Source: Escherichia coli
Lineage (GTDB): Bacteria > Pseudomonadota > Gammaproteobacteria > Enterobacterales > Enterobacteriaceae
DNA length: 64,000 bases
Direction: 5' to 3' (one strand)
NCBI RefSeq assembly: GCF_024223415.1
Contig: NZ_CP100500.1
In this document: piece after piece, positions 1 to 14,189 of the stretch
Position numbering within the stretch: position 1 is the stretch's first letter
How the letters are laid out: each line of letters opens with the position of its first letter
Made by a program: the position numbers and the translations under genes
The notes under the pieces: model-generated
Database searches by the model: none
Seen by the model: only the letters and a program-made list of their open reading frames with translations
Told to the model about the DNA's origin: nothing

Positions 1-240
1 AGAGCTGCTTCAGTGCCAAGCTGATATTGCTCCTCGAGGTCGCATTCCTTCCCGGCAATGTTAACCGCTGTTTGAGTCGCCTGTGACGCTTCTTCAAGTA
101 TATGATTGATATTGTTGGCGGCATATCTCGCTCCCGCCAGGTACTCTGCTTTTGCGGAATACCAGAGCTGGATGTTCAAAATAGCGACACCGGTTATAAA
201 CAAGCATATCGCAACGATGATGGGTATGAGAGTATTGCGC
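1..240 (-). CDS. 5' fragment of a membrane-anchored protein, probably the ycgG/pdeG-like c-di-GMP phosphodiesterase; gene runs off the window start
   Basis: Minus-strand ATG at 238-240 opens a frame that continues past position 1 (MRNTLIPIIVAICLFITGVAILNIQLWYSAKAEY..., N-terminal TM helix). Position after ymgC fits K-12 synteny. Confidence 0.4.
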
Positions 241-577
241 ATTTGCTTGTCCCGGCCAAAGGGTTTAATACATGAAAATGACGTTCATTCGCTCGCGCTG
301 GCGTCTACAGAGAGCATGGTAGAGAGCATCACAAATATCCACGCCGAAGATAAAATTTTCTCCATCTTCATCTAACCTATTAATTATTGAGCACAATGTA
401 GGCAGAATTAAACAAATTAGGTGGGATATCAGGCGTCAAGAATGGAAAACGAGCGCTCTCCATTCCTGTTTGCCCCCTGATATTGCGGATATATTAAGAA
501 AGCATAACGCCTGAAATGCTCACTTTGCACCAGCATGATGATACAGCTGATGTTTATTCTATAACCTTACTCAAGTT

Positions 578-826
578 CTAAGAGAGCACGGATTCCCTGT
601 CATTAATAATGATATCCGTTAGTGTAGTCTTATGCATTTCAATGTACTGCAAGATTTGCAGATAGAGATCAGAAAGAATCACACTGGTTTCATCTTTTAA
701 ACGCAAGCGTAAAGCCTGATCAATAATATGACTATCAACATACCCATGCGTCATGAACACCTCCCTCTCGAGATTTTTAAACAAAGCACATTGAAAAATA
801 AATCTCTCTGGGATTGAATTATTCAT
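578..826 (-). CDS. ymgC: YmgC, small protein of the ycgZ-ymgABC biofilm/acid-stress operon
   Basis: 82-aa ORF, length and sequence consistent with E. coli YmgC; last gene of a four-gene minus-strand cluster divergent from bluF. Confidence 0.8.
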   Translation of the reverse strand: MNNSIPERFIFQCALFKNLEREVFMTHGYVDSHIIDQALRLRLKDETSVILSDLYLQILQYIEMHKTTLTDIIINDRESVLS

Positions 827-938
827 GTCAGCCTCGTAGAAATATTAACCCAATAAAATTATGCTGTGTATAGTCTAAAGCGACAGACAAAAATAAGATG
901 AATGAGTTTTCTATAAACTTATACTTAATAATTAAAAG

Positions 939-1205
939 TTACATGTCATCCGCTGTGTATCGCAACACGATTTCCAGTGTTTTTCTGATCACATCAGCTT
1001 TGAGAATATCACTTGTTGTTTCCAGGGAGTGTATCAGACTTAAGATAATATTTTTATTATTAACATTATCGCCTGAAAGCATTAAATTAGTCACAGCCTG
1101 CCCTAACACTGCTGACTCTTCTTCTAACAAATTACCCGAACTGCGAAAGTAACTTGATAACGCTTTATCAGTTATTGCATTATGAATTGTAGTATCTTCA
1201 AGCAT
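939..1205 (-). CDS. ariR: AriR (YmgB), regulator of acid resistance / biofilm
   Basis: 88-aa ORF matching AriR in length and synteny. Confidence 0.8.
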   Translation of the reverse strand: MLEDTTIHNAITDKALSSYFRSSGNLLEEESAVLGQAVTNLMLSGDNVNNKNIILSLIHSLETTSDILKADVIRKTLEIVLRYTADDM

Positions 1206-1233
1206 GGTAACCTCTCATCTTACTTATGAAATT

Positions 1234-1506
1234 TTAATGTATTCTGTTTATTTTCTTACCATTGAACATACTTTTATTGTCAGCTATCGCTGTTCTTCGG
1301 TTTGGCCCTCCTGTATCACTGTTGCTAAAATCACGAATTATGCTGTCAATTAAATCTCGTCGGAAAGCATTTTCCTCAGCCGATTTCATTACGAGTAATT
1401 GCTTAATAAGAGTCTGCACCGAAAAATTTATCTTCATGCGCAGTATCTGGAGCACCGCCTGGCCAGTAATTTCATATTTTATACTTTCATTATCAGATGT
1501 CTTCAT
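1234..1506 (-). CDS. ymgA: YmgA, RcsB connector protein
   Basis: 90-aa ORF matching YmgA in length and synteny. Confidence 0.75.
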   Translation of the reverse strand: MKTSDNESIKYEITGQAVLQILRMKINFSVQTLIKQLLVMKSAEENAFRRDLIDSIIRDFSNSDTGGPNRRTAIADNKSMFNGKKINRIH

Positions 1507-1548
1507 AACGACTTCATAGCTAACCTGTTAAATAATCAGGCTGTTGCA

Positions 1549-1785
1549 TTATTCAAAAAGCAACCCAATTAGTGCATTATAATGTTTCTGTTCCTCTTCC
1601 CCTGTCGCTTGTTCCAGTCGGCAAAGAAGTTTGGCACAAAGCGACTTTCGACTCAGATTACGTCCATCTTTCAAAATCTCAGTCACAATTTCCCCGAGAG
1701 TTTCCTGCTGAGTAGGCAAGTTAGCTTTTGCAAAGTAACGAGTGATTGCTCCCGCAGAATCTAAAGTCACTGAATTTTGATGCAT
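1549..1785 (-). CDS. ycgZ: YcgZ, small regulatory protein
   Basis: 78-aa ORF, first gene of the cluster divergent from bluF. Confidence 0.75.
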   Translation of the reverse strand: MHQNSVTLDSAGAITRYFAKANLPTQQETLGEIVTEILKDGRNLSRKSLCAKLLCRLEQATGEEEQKHYNALIGLLFE

Positions 1786-2098
1786 GCTACGCCTCTGTTA
1801 AAAATGTTAATCAATGTTAAGTGAGGTAACAATAGTAAACTTGTACGAAATATGTGTACAGAATGATAAATTAATTTTTTGCAATTAGTGCTAATGCATA
1901 TAAAACAATACGTTATGATAAAACATATTGCATCATTTAACTGACAACCTATACAAAAATTTTCGCCAACTCATGTTCAACTTTTTCCATTTTTTATCAA
2001 TGTAAAGAAACAGTTATGTTTTGGTATTAAAAGAAAGACACCGGAAGATATGTCTGTTACCGTCTTACTCTCGCCTCTCCCATTACCCTGGACAGTTA

Positions 2099-3310
2099 AT
2101 GCTTACCACCCTTATTTATCGTAGCCATATACGTGACGACGAACCTGTCAAAAAAATCGAAGAAATGGTTTCGATAGCAAATCGCAGGAACATGCAGTCT
2201 GACGTAACAGGGATCTTACTGTTTAATTGTTCTCATTTTTTCCAGCTTCTGGAAGGTCCGGAAGAACAGGTTAAAATGATATATCGGGCTATATGCCAGG
2301 CTCCACGGCACTATAATATTGTTGAGCTGCTGTGCGATTACGCGCCTGCTCGCCGTTTTGGCAAAGCGGGAATGGAATTATTTGATTTACGCCTGCACGA
2401 GCGAGATGACGTTTTACAGGCCGTATTCGACAAAGGCACATCAAAATTTCAGCTAACTTATGATGACAGAGCGCTACAATTTTTTCGTACTTTTGTCCTT
2501 GCAACCGAACAATCAACCTATTTCGAGATTCCTGCTGAAGACTCCTGGCTTTTTATCGCTGACGGATCTGATAAAGAACTTGATTCCTGTACCCTTTCAC
2601 CAAATATAAACAACCACTTTGCCTTTCATCCTATTGTTGATCCCTTATCGCGGCGGATAATCGCTTTTGAAGCCATTGTGCAAAAAAATGAAGACAGCCC
2701 GTCAGCTATAGCGGTTGGGCAGCGTAAAGACGGGGAAATCTACACAGCGGATCTCAAAAGTAAGGCGCTTGTATTCGCGATGGCACACGCACTTGAGCTC
2801 GGTGATAAAATGATATCAATCAATCTATTACCTATGACCCTGGTTAACGAGCCTGACGCAGTCTCTTTTTTACTTGATGAAATAAAGGCCAATGGTCTGG
2901 TGCCTGAACAAATCATCGTTGAATTTACTGAAAGTGAAGTCATATCTCGGTTTGATGAGTTTGCCGAAGCGGTTAAATCGCTAAAGGCTGCCGGTATCAG
3001 TGTAGCAATTGATCATTTTGGCGCAGGTTTTGCTGGTTTGTTACTCCTGTCACGCTTCCAGCCTGACAGAATTAAAATCAGTCAGGAATTGATTACCAAT
3101 GTTCATAAAAGCGGACCACGGCAGGCAATTATTCAGGCGATCATAAAATGCTGTACATCACTTGAAATTCAAGTCTCTGCTATGGGCGTGGCAACACCAG
3201 AAGAGTGGATGTGGCTTGAATCCGCAGGAATTGAGATGTTTCAGGGGGATCTGTTTGCTAAAGCTAAATTGAATGGTATCCCTTCCATAGCGTGGCCAGA
3301 AAAAAAATAA
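2099..3310 (+). CDS. bluF: BluF (YcgF), blue-light sensor with BLUF and degenerate EAL domains
   Basis: Internal ATG of ORF 2021-3310 gives the canonical 403 aa starting MLTTLIYRSHIRDDEP; BLUF-type N-terminus and EAL-like C-terminus. Confidence 0.9.
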   Translation: MLTTLIYRSHIRDDEPVKKIEEMVSIANRRNMQSDVTGILLFNCSHFFQLLEGPEEQVKMIYRAICQAPRHYNIVELLCDYAPARRFGKAGMELFDLRLHERDDVLQAVFDKGTSKFQLTYDDRALQFFRTFVLATEQSTYFEIPAEDSWLFIADGSDKELDSCTLSPNINNHFAFHPIVDPLSRRIIAFEAIVQKNEDSPSAIAVGQRKDGEIYTADLKSKALVFAMAHALELGDKMISINLLPMTLVNEPDAVSFLLDEIKANGLVPEQIIVEFTESEVISRFDEFAEAVKSLKAAGISVAIDHFGAGFAGLLLLSRFQPDRIKISQELITNVHKSGPRQAIIQAIIKCCTSLEIQVSAMGVATPEEWMWLESAGIEMFQGDLFAKAKLNGIPSIAWPEKK

Positions 3311-3505
3311 TTTTCAGCACATGATTTCATGTAAATCATCGTGAAAATGAATACGTTATGTTTAAATTTAATCCACATTAAAAATAATGTTTCATCCAAA
3401 TTAGCTGAAATCTTATTTATACTTTGTACAATTTTAGCGTATATTGTACAAAGTATTATTGGGTCGTGTACAGGCGACGGAGATTTATGACCGCAAGGAG
3501 GAATT

Positions 3506-4237
3506 GTGGCTTATTACAGCATTGGTGATGTTGCTGAACGTTGCGGGATTAATCCTGTCACTCTCCGGGCCTGGCAACGCCGCTACGGTTTGTTAAAACC
3601 ACAGCGCATTGAAGGCGGACACCGACTCTTTGATGAAGAAGACATACAACGTATCGAAGAGATCAAGCGTTGGATAAGTAATGGCGTCCCTGTAGGCAAA
3701 GTTAAAGCATTACTGGAAACCACCAGCCAGGATACGGAAGATGACTGGAGCCGCCTGCAAGAAGAGATGATGTCAATTCTTCGTATGGCTAATCCTGCCA
3801 AACTACGCGCGAGAATTATTTCACTGGGTCGAGAGTACCCAGTAGATCAATTGATTAATCATGTTTACCTTCCTGTTTGCCAGCGTCTCGTGCTTGATCA
3901 CAACACCTCCCGCATGATGAGCAGTATGTTTGACGGCGCATTAATTGAATATGCAGCAGCCTCGCTTTTCGAAATGCGCCGTAAGCCCGGTAAAGAAGCC
4001 ATTCTGATGGCGTGGAATGTTGAAGAGAGAGCTCGATTGTGGCTGGAAGCATGGCGTTTATCATTGTCAGGATGGCATATTTCTGTTCTTGCTGATCCCA
4101 TTGAATCACCGCGCCCGGAACTGTTCCCGACGCAAACATTGATTGTCTGGACAGGCATGGCACCAACGAGAAGGCAAAACGAACTTTTACAACACTGGGG
4201 TGAGCAAGGTTATAAAGTCATCTTTCATGCCCCCTAA
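3506..4237 (+). CDS. bluR: BluR (YcgE), MerR-family repressor
   Basis: 243 aa with N-terminal MerR-type HTH ([27 protein letters not shown]). Confidence 0.85.
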   Translation: MAYYSIGDVAERCGINPVTLRAWQRRYGLLKPQRIEGGHRLFDEEDIQRIEEIKRWISNGVPVGKVKALLETTSQDTEDDWSRLQEEMMSILRMANPAKLRARIISLGREYPVDQLINHVYLPVCQRLVLDHNTSRMMSSMFDGALIEYAAASLFEMRRKPGKEAILMAWNVEERARLWLEAWRLSLSGWHISVLADPIESPRPELFPTQTLIVWTGMAPTRRQNELLQHWGEQGYKVIFHAP

Positions 4238-4457
4238 TTTCACCTTTATCCCGCCCCTTAGACAGAATGTTATAATCTGAACCCACAACAGCATTTGTAC
4301 CGGAGCTGGTCCGTTGCAAAATGCTCACCGGGAGAATTCAGGTAATCCCCCTTTCACACTTTGTACATATCACAGCCAAAGGACAGACCAGATTGAAGTG
4401 GTAAAACCGATCGTGCACACTACGCAGTCTCACAACTAACAAGAGGTTATTATCCTG

Positions 4458-4862
4458 ATGGATCAGGTCGTTGTTTTTCAAAAGATGTTTGAGCAAGTGA
4501 GAAAAGAGCAAAACTTCTCCTGGTTTTATTCAGAATTAAAACATCACCGTATTGCACATTACATTTATTATCTGGCTACGGATAACATCAGAATTATTAC
4601 TCACGATGACACGGTTTTGTTATTAAGAGGAACCAGGAACCTGTTAAAAGTTAGTACGACCAAGAACCCTGCTAAAATAAAAGAGGCCGCATTGCTTCAT
4701 ATTTGCGGAAAATCTACATTTCGGGAATACTGTTCAACACTGGCAGACGCGGGCGTTTTCCGTTGGGTTACTGATGTTAATCATAACAAACGCAGTTACT
4801 ACGCCATTGATAATACGCTTTTATATATTGAAGATGTAGAAAATAATAAACCATTAATCTAG
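4458..4862 (+). CDS. ycgX: YcgX, DUF1398-family protein
   Basis: 134-aa ORF in the expected position between bluR and iraM. Confidence 0.6.
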   Translation: MDQVVVFQKMFEQVRKEQNFSWFYSELKHHRIAHYIYYLATDNIRIITHDDTVLLLRGTRNLLKVSTTKNPAKIKEAALLHICGKSTFREYCSTLADAGVFRWVTDVNHNKRSYYAIDNTLLYIEDVENNKPLI

Positions 4863-5073
4863 CTAAAGTTGGATGCTTAAGAAATGCTTCATAATTCAGT
4901 AAGGCATTAGCATAATGGGAATAAAAGTACAGAGACTATCCCTATGGATGATAAATACTGTCCTTTTATTGCTACCCATAAATAATCACCAGGCCAATAC
5001 TATCAAATTGATATTTGAAATGTGATCACTTGACTTTCTATACGTTATTTTATAACGTTTAATATATTTATAA

Positions 5074-5121
5074 AAACAACGGGCGTGCCATACGCCCGTT
5101 TCAATACTTAACGCACATGTG
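5074..5121. repeat. ~46-bp repeat copy A containing hairpin aacgggcgtgccatacgcccgtt; near-duplicate of the icd terminator region
   Basis: Matches 5932-5978 with about 5 mismatches; seen directly. Confidence 0.7.
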
Positions 5122-5423
5122 TTTTGGTTTAGTCATCATCCAGTTATATGTATTTTAGCCAGGAACAGGTTAAACCTTTCCTATATAATTCAAAAATTGA
5201 AACCTTATTCTCATGTCATGCTTATATTCATTATTATCGTTATATAAAAAGGCAACCATAATGTTTAGCAAATTGGCACAAAGTAGCATAAAGGCTATGT
5301 TTTAATTACAGGATGGTCAGTCATTTGAATGTATAACATTATAGCTAAACAAATCTAAAACGAAGTGAATAATTTATTGTTTTCACTAAATCTCATTTTG
5401 TTTAAAATCCATTGAGATTCTTT

Positions 5424-5440
5424 GCTTTAAATTTTGTTTT
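5424..5440 (+). promoter_or_regulatory. Possible PhoP-box-like direct repeat upstream of iraM
   Basis: gcttta-N5-tgtttt resembles the (T/G)GTTTA-N5-(T/G)GTTTA PhoP box; iraM is a known PhoP target. Weak match. Confidence 0.25.
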
Positions 5441-5557
5441 ATATAAGCAATCGTTTTAATTAATTTATTTTTTGAAGGGGTAATATACTCATATGCAAAA
5501 TAAAGAAATGAACATCCAAATGAACTATATTAAATACCGTGGGATAAGACATAACAA

Positions 5558-5881
5558 ATGAAGTGGGTAGTAATTGACACGGTAATTCAACCTACATGCG
5601 GCATATCTTTTTCAGCCATATGGGGTGATATGAAAATGATTATCTGGTATCAATCTACTATATTTCTTCCTCCTGGAAGTATATTTACACTGGTTAAGCC
5701 TGGTATTATCCTTAAGGATAAAGAATATCCTATAACTATTTATAACATTGCACCATTCAACAAGAATTTATGGAGTTTACTCAAAAGCAGTCAAGAGTGT
5801 CCTCCAGGAGAAAGCGAAATAACAAATAAATGTTTGCATAAGAGTTGTATTATAAAAATATGCCCATATGGGCTCAAGTAA
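5558..5881 (+). CDS. iraM: IraM, anti-adaptor protein stabilising RpoS
   Basis: 107 aa, [23 protein letters not shown]...; AT-rich gene with AT-rich upstream region. Confidence 0.8.
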   Translation: MKWVVIDTVIQPTCGISFSAIWGDMKMIIWYQSTIFLPPGSIFTLVKPGIILKDKEYPITIYNIAPFNKNLWSLLKSSQECPPGESEITNKCLHKSCIIKICPYGLK

Positions 5882-5931
5882 TGGGTTTTATATAAATATG
5901 CTCGATATGCTATTAATAATATCCACATAAA

Positions 5932-5978
5932 TAAAACAACGGGCGTGTTATACGCCCGTTTAAATATTTAACACATGT
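5932..5978 (-). terminator. icd intrinsic terminator (hairpin plus T-rich tail on the minus strand); repeat copy B
   Basis: Stem aacgggcg/cgcccgtt immediately 3' of the icd stop, followed on the minus strand by a T-rich run. Confidence 0.6.
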
Positions 5979-5983
5979 AGTGA

Positions 5984-7234
5984 TTACATATTTTTGATGA
6001 TCGCATCACCAAACTCTGAACATTTCAGCAGTTTAGCGCCTTCCATCAGACGTTCGAAGTCATAGGTTACGGTCTTCGCATTGATTGCGCCTTCCATACC
6101 TTTAACAATCAGGTCTGCGGCTTCGGTCCAACCCATGTGGCGTAACATCATCTCAGCAGAGAGAATAATAGAACCTGGGTTAACTTTGTCCTGACCGGCA
6201 TATTTCGGCGCAGTACCGTGGGTGGCTTCAAACAGGGCGCATTCGTCACCGATGTTTGCACCAGGGGCGATACCGATACCGCCAACCTGCGCTGCCAGGG
6301 CGTCAGAAATGTAGTCACCGTTCAGGTTCATACAGGCGATAACATCATATTCAGCCGGACGCAGCAGGATCTGTTGCAGGAATGCATCAGCAATCACGTC
6401 TTTAATGACGATCTCTTTGCCGGTATTCGGGTTTTTAACTTTCAGCCACGGGCCGCCGTCGATCAGTTCACCGCCAAATTCTTCACGCGCCAGCTGGTAG
6501 CCCCAGTCTTTAAACGCGCCTTCGGTGAACTTCATGATGTTGCCTTTGTGCACCAGGGTCACAGAGTCACGATCGTTAGCAATTGCGTATTCGATCGCTG
6601 CACGAACCAGACGTTTGGTGCCTTCTTCAGAACACGGCTTAATACCGATACCGCAATGTTCCGGGAAGCGAATTTTCTTCACGCCCATCTCTTCACGCAG
6701 GAATTTAATCACTTTCTCGGCGTCGGCAGAGTCTGCTTTCCATTCGATACCCGCATAAATGTCTTCCGAGTTTTCACGGAAGATAACCATATCGGTCAGT
6801 TCAGGGTGTTTAACCGGGCTTGGAGTGCCCTGATAGTAACGTACCGGACGCAGGCAGATGTAGAGATCCAGTTCCTGGCGCAGGGCAACGTTCAGAGAGC
6901 GAATACCGCCACCAACAGGAGTGGTCAGCGGACCTTTAATGGCAACGCGATATTCACGAATCAGATCAAGGGTTTCAGCAGGCAGCCAGACATCCTGACC
7001 ATAAACCTGTGTGGATTTTTCACCGGTGTAAATTTCCATCCAGGAGATTTTACGCTCGCCTTTATAGGCTTTCTCGACTGCAGCGTCGACCACTTTCAGC
7101 ATGGCTGGGGTTACATCTACACCGATTCCATCACCTTCAATGTAAGGGATAATCGGATTTTCAGGAACGTTGAGTTTGCCGTTTTGCAGGGTGATCTTCT
7201 TGCCTTGTGCCGGAACAACTACTTTACTTTCCAT
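5984..7234 (-). CDS. icd: Isocitrate dehydrogenase (NADP), intact 3' end
   Basis: 416 aa, full-length, [38 protein letters not shown]... Confidence 0.95.
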   Translation of the reverse strand: MESKVVVPAQGKKITLQNGKLNVPENPIIPYIEGDGIGVDVTPAMLKVVDAAVEKAYKGERKISWMEIYTGEKSTQVYGQDVWLPAETLDLIREYRVAIKGPLTTPVGGGIRSLNVALRQELDLYICLRPVRYYQGTPSPVKHPELTDMVIFRENSEDIYAGIEWKADSADAEKVIKFLREEMGVKKIRFPEHCGIGIKPCSEEGTKRLVRAAIEYAIANDRDSVTLVHKGNIMKFTEGAFKDWGYQLAREEFGGELIDGGPWLKVKNPNTGKEIVIKDVIADAFLQQILLRPAEYDVIACMNLNGDYISDALAAQVGGIGIAPGANIGDECALFEATHGTAPKYAGQDKVNPGSIILSAEMMLRHMGWTEAADLIVKGMEGAINAKTVTYDFERLMEGAKLLKCSEFGDAIIKNM

Positions 7235-7405
7235 TCACCTCTCCTTCGAGCGCTACTGGTTTGCTCGTCTGCCACCACGTTGCATATGCGTTTGCGTCCT
7301 GCGATACGGATGCTTTAGAGCAATTTTTTGTTAATGATTTGTAATTGGCTTGTCAATACTACCCTATTGTTTGCCGTCATGAAAGATGCGCGTTATTAGG
7401 CTATA

Positions 7406-8059
7406 ATGCGGCAATTCATAATCTCTGAAAATACCATGCAAAAAACTTCTTTTAGAAATCACCAGGTTAAGCGATTCAGCTCGCAACGTTCTACCAGGCG
7501 TAAACCTGAAAACCAGCCCACGCGTGTGATCCTGTTCAATAAACCCTACGATGTTCTTCCGCAGTTCACCGATGAAGCCGGACGCAAAACATTAAAAGAA
7601 TTCATCCCGGTTCAGGGCGTTTATGCAGCAGGTCGTCTTGACAGAGATAGCGAAGGGTTATTGGTGCTGACCAATAATGGTGCACTACAGGCGCGTTTAA
7701 CCCAGCCAGGCAAACGCACTGGAAAAATCTATTATGTGCAGGTGGAAGGCATTCCCACACAAGACGCACTTGAAGCCTTGCGCAATGGCGTAACCTTAAA
7801 TGATGGCCCTACCCTGCCCGCCGGCGCGGAGCTGGTTGACGAACCCGCGTGGTTATGGCCGCGGAATCCACCAATTCGTGAACGCAAAAGTATTCCCACC
7901 AGCTGGCTGAAAATCACCTTATATGAAGGACGTAATCGCCAGGTGCGCCGCATGACCGCCCATGTTGGTTTCCCCACGCTGCGACTGATTCGTTATGCGA
8001 TGGGTGATTACACTTTGGATAATCTTGCTAATGGCGAATGGCGAGAAGTGACAGATTAA
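7406..8059 (+). CDS. rluE: 23S rRNA pseudouridine synthase RluE
   Basis: 217 aa; RluA/RsuA-type motifs; position between icd and nudJ. Confidence 0.8.
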   Translation: MRQFIISENTMQKTSFRNHQVKRFSSQRSTRRKPENQPTRVILFNKPYDVLPQFTDEAGRKTLKEFIPVQGVYAAGRLDRDSEGLLVLTNNGALQARLTQPGKRTGKIYYVQVEGIPTQDALEALRNGVTLNDGPTLPAGAELVDEPAWLWPRNPPIRERKSIPTSWLKITLYEGRNRQVRRMTAHVGFPTLRLIRYAMGDYTLDNLANGEWREVTD

Positions 8060-8069
8060 GGATGCAAAA

Positions 8070-9691
<1,622 letters not shown>

Positions 9692-9726
9692 TTATTATCT
9701 TTACTTAAAACAAGGAAGCAGTGAAC

Positions 9727-10368
9727 GTGGCAAAGAATTACTATGACATCACCCTCGCCCTGGCCGGTATTTGTCAGTCGGCACGCCTGGTGCAACAACT
9801 CGCTCACCAGGGGCATTGTGATGCCGATGCGCTACACGTCTCACTCAACAGTATTATTGATATGAACCCCAGCTCGACGCTGGCGGTTTTTGGCGGTAGC
9901 GAAGCCAACCTGCGCGTCGGGCTGGAAACCCTGCTCGGCGTGCTCAATGCCAGCAGTCGCCAGGGCTTAAACGCCGAATTAACCCGCTACACACTCAGCC
10001 TGATGGTGCTTGAGCGCAAACTCTCCTCAGCGAAAGGTGCGCTCGACACTCTGGGCAACCGGATCAACGGCCTGCAACGCCAGCTCGAACACTTCGATTT
10101 ACAGTCCGAAACGCTGATGAGCGCGATGGCTGCTATCTATGTTGATGTGATTAGCCCGCTTGGCCCGCGCATTCAGGTCACCGGCTCCCCTGCTGTACTG
10201 CAAAGCCCACAAGTGCAGGCGAAAGTTCGCGCAACCCTGCTGGCAGGCATTCGCGCCGCCGTGCTCTGGCACCAGGTCGGCGGCGGACGTCTGCAACTGA
10301 TGTTTTCTCGTAATCGCCTGACCACTCAGGCAAAACAAATTCTTGCTCATTTAACCCCGGAGTTGTGA
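9727..10368 (+). CDS. hflD: HflD, lysogenisation regulator
   Basis: GTG start giving 213 aa (M)[28 protein letters not shown]. Confidence 0.8.
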   Translation: MAKNYYDITLALAGICQSARLVQQLAHQGHCDADALHVSLNSIIDMNPSSTLAVFGGSEANLRVGLETLLGVLNASSRQGLNAELTRYTLSLMVLERKLSSAKGALDTLGNRINGLQRQLEHFDLQSETLMSAMAAIYVDVISPLGPRIQVTGSPAVLQSPQVQAKVRATLLAGIRAAVLWHQVGGGRLQLMFSRNRLTTQAKQILAHLTPEL

Positions 10369-11742
<1,374 letters not shown>

Positions 11743-11832
11743 ACTCATATCAGTGCCGGATGGCGATGCTGTCCGGCCTGCTTATTAAGATTATCCGCTT
11801 TTTATTTTTTCACTTTACCTCCCCTCCCCGCT

Positions 11833-11849
11833 GGTTTATTTAATGTTTA
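11833..11849 (+). promoter_or_regulatory. PhoP box of the autoregulated phoPQ promoter
   Basis: ggtttatttaatgttta is a perfect (T/G)GTTTA-N5-(T/G)GTTTA direct repeat about 60 bp upstream of the phoP ATG. Confidence 0.6.
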
Positions 11850-11909
11850 CCCCCATAACCACATAATCGCGTTACACTATTTTAATAATTAAGACAGGGA
11901 GAAATAAAA

Positions 11910-12581
11910 ATGCGCGTACTGGTTGTTGAAGACAATGCGTTGTTACGTCACCACCTTAAAGTTCAGATTCAGGATGCTGGTCATCAGGTCGATGACGCAG
12001 AAGATGCCAAAGAAGCCGATTATTATCTCAATGAACATTTACCGGATATTGCGATTGTCGATCTCGGATTGCCAGACGAGGACGGTCTGTCACTGATTCG
12101 CCGCTGGCGTAGCAATGATGTTTCACTGCCGATTCTGGTATTAACCGCCCGTGAAAGCTGGCAGGACAAAGTCGAAGTATTAAGTGCTGGTGCTGATGAT
12201 TACGTGACTAAACCATTTCATATTGAAGAGGTGATGGCGCGAATGCAGGCATTAATGCGGCGTAATAGCGGTCTGGCTTCACAGGTCATTTCGCTACCAC
12301 CGTTTCAGGTTGATCTCTCTCGCCGTGAATTATCTATTAATGACGAAGTGATCAAACTGACCGCGTTCGAATACACCATTATGGAAACGTTGATACGCAA
12401 TAATGGCAAAGTGGTGAGCAAAGATTCGTTAATGCTCCAACTCTATCCGGATGCGGAGCTGCGGGAAAGCCATACCATTGATGTACTGATGGGACGTCTG
12501 CGCAAAAAAATTCAGGCACAATATCCGCAAGAAGTGATTACTACCGTTCGCGGCCAGGGCTATTTGTTCGAATTGCGCTGA
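11910..12581 (+). CDS. phoP: Response regulator PhoP
   Basis: 223 aa, receiver domain plus winged-helix output domain. Confidence 0.95.
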   Translation: MRVLVVEDNALLRHHLKVQIQDAGHQVDDAEDAKEADYYLNEHLPDIAIVDLGLPDEDGLSLIRRWRSNDVSLPILVLTARESWQDKVEVLSAGADDYVTKPFHIEEVMARMQALMRRNSGLASQVISLPPFQVDLSRRELSINDEVIKLTAFEYTIMETLIRNNGKVVSKDSLMLQLYPDAELRESHTIDVLMGRLRKKIQAQYPQEVITTVRGQGYLFELR

Positions 12582-14041
12582 TGAAAAAATTACTGCGTCT
12601 TTTTTTCCCGCTCTCGCTGCGGGTACGTTTTCTGTTGGCAACGGCAGCGGTAGTACTGGTGCTTTCGCTTGCCTACGGAATGGTCGCGCTGATCGGTTAT
12701 AGCGTCAGTTTCGATAAAACTACGTTTCGGCTGTTACGTGGCGAGAGCAATCTGTTCTATACCCTTGCGAAGTGGGAAAACAATAAGTTGCATGTCGAGT
12801 TACCCGAAAATATCGACAAGCAAAGCCCCACCATGACGCTAATTTATGATGAGAACGGGCAGCTTTTATGGGCGCAACGTGACGTGCCCTGGCTGATGAA
12901 GATGATCCAGCCTGACTGGCTGAAATCGAATGGTTTTCATGAAATTGAAGCGGATGTTAACGATACCAGCCTCTTGCTGAGTGGAGATCATTCAATACAG
13001 CAACAGTTGCAGGAAGTGCGGGAAGATGATGACGACGCGGAGATGACCCACTCGGTGGCGGTAAACGTCTACCCGGCAACATCGCGGATGCCAAAGTTAA
13101 CCATTGTGGTGGTGGATACCATTCCGGTGGAGCTAAAAAGTTCCTATATGGTCTGGAGCTGGTTTATCTATGTGCTCTCAGCCAATCTGCTGTTAGTGAT
13201 CCCGCTGCTGTGGGTCGCCGCCTGGTGGAGTTTACGCCCCATCGAAGCCCTGGCAAAAGAAGTCCGCGAACTGGAAGAACATAACCGCGAATTGCTCAAT
13301 CCAGCCACAACGCGAGAACTGACCAGTCTGGTACGAAACCTGAACCGATTGTTAAAAAGCGAACGCGAACGTTACGACAAATACCGTACAACGCTCACCG
13401 ACCTGACCCATAGTCTGAAAACGCCACTGGCGGTGCTGCAAAGTACGCTGCGTTCTCTGCGTAGTGAAAAGATGAGCGTCAGTGATGCTGAACCGGTAAT
13501 GCTGGAGCAAATCAGCCGCATTTCACAGCAAATTGGCTACTACCTGCATCGTGCCAGTATGCGCGGCGGGACATTGCTCAGCCGCGAGCTGCATCCGGTC
13601 GCCCCACTGCTGGACAATCTCACCTCGGCGCTGAACAAAGTGTATCAACGCAAAGGGGTCAATATCTCTCTCGATATTTCGCCAGAGATCAGCTTTGTCG
13701 GTGAGCAGAACGATTTTGTCGAGGTGATGGGCAATGTGCTGGATAATGCCTGTAAATATTGCCTCGAGTTTGTCGAAATTTCTGCAAGGCAAACCGACGA
13801 GCATCTCTATATTGTGGTCGAGGATGATGGACCCGGTATTCCATTAAGCAAGCGAGAGGTCATTTTCGACCGTGGTCAACGGGTTGATACTTTACGCCCT
13901 GGGCAAGGTGTGGGGCTGGCGGTAGCCCGCGAAATCACCGAGCAATATGAGGGTAAAATCGTCGCCGGAGAGAGCATGCTGGGCGGTGCGCGGATGGAGG
14001 TGATTTTTGGTCGCCAGCATTCTGCGCCGAAAGATGAATAA
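12581..14041 (+). CDS. phoQ: Sensor histidine kinase PhoQ
   Basis: 486 aa; start overlaps phoP stop (ATGA); TM-periplasmic-HAMP-HisKA-ATPase layout. Confidence 0.95.
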   Translation: MKKLLRLFFPLSLRVRFLLATAAVVLVLSLAYGMVALIGYSVSFDKTTFRLLRGESNLFYTLAKWENNKLHVELPENIDKQSPTMTLIYDENGQLLWAQRDVPWLMKMIQPDWLKSNGFHEIEADVNDTSLLLSGDHSIQQQLQEVREDDDDAEMTHSVAVNVYPATSRMPKLTIVVVDTIPVELKSSYMVWSWFIYVLSANLLLVIPLLWVAAWWSLRPIEALAKEVRELEEHNRELLNPATTRELTSLVRNLNRLLKSERERYDKYRTTLTDLTHSLKTPLAVLQSTLRSLRSEKMSVSDAEPVMLEQISRISQQIGYYLHRASMRGGTLLSRELHPVAPLLDNLTSALNKVYQRKGVNISLDISPEISFVGEQNDFVEVMGNVLDNACKYCLEFVEISARQTDEHLYIVVEDDGPGIPLSKREVIFDRGQRVDTLRPGQGVGLAVAREITEQYEGKIVAGESMLGGARMEVIFGRQHSAPKDE

Positions 14042-14049
14042 ATATGTCC
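14039..14049. repeat. Left copy of short direct repeat taaatatgtcc overlapping the phoQ stop codon; candidate attL core
   Basis: 10-bp perfect match aaatatgtcc with 29402-29411 (13/15 over tgaataaatatgtcc vs tgataaaatatgtcc). Confidence 0.5.
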
Positions 14050-14121
14050 TTTTATCACCGATATTAGTTAATATATTGATTTAATTAAAAATATACACAA
14101 ACAAAAGTGCCAAAAATCGCA

Positions 14122-14147
14122 AATTAACTACACCATTAACTACACCG
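14122..14147. repeat. Inner 26-bp direct repeat aattaactacaccattaactacaccg, left copy (two tandem 13-mers); alternative att core
   Basis: Exact 26/26 match to 29252-29277; followed on both sides by similar phased repeat arrays. Confidence 0.8.
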
Positions 14148-14163
14148 TTCGGCGCACTGTATG

Positions 14164-14189
14164 AAACAACGTGGAACAAATAGGCACAA
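14164..14189 (+). promoter_or_regulatory. 10-bp-phased NNACAA direct repeats (AAACAA, GAACAA, GCACAA); putative recombinase/RDF or regulator binding array
   Basis: Motifs start at 14164, 14174, 14184; same family as arrays at 21838, 27909 and 29284. Confidence 0.4.

Noticed and set aside
6218-7318. 366-aa plus-strand ORF
   Set aside because: Lies entirely antisense to icd, which is full length and highly conserved; typical shadow ORF in GC-rich coding sequence.
14100-14160. tRNA or tmRNA gene as the integration target
   Set aside because: No tRNA-like cloverleaf or T-loop motif at either junction; the island abuts the phoQ stop codon instead.
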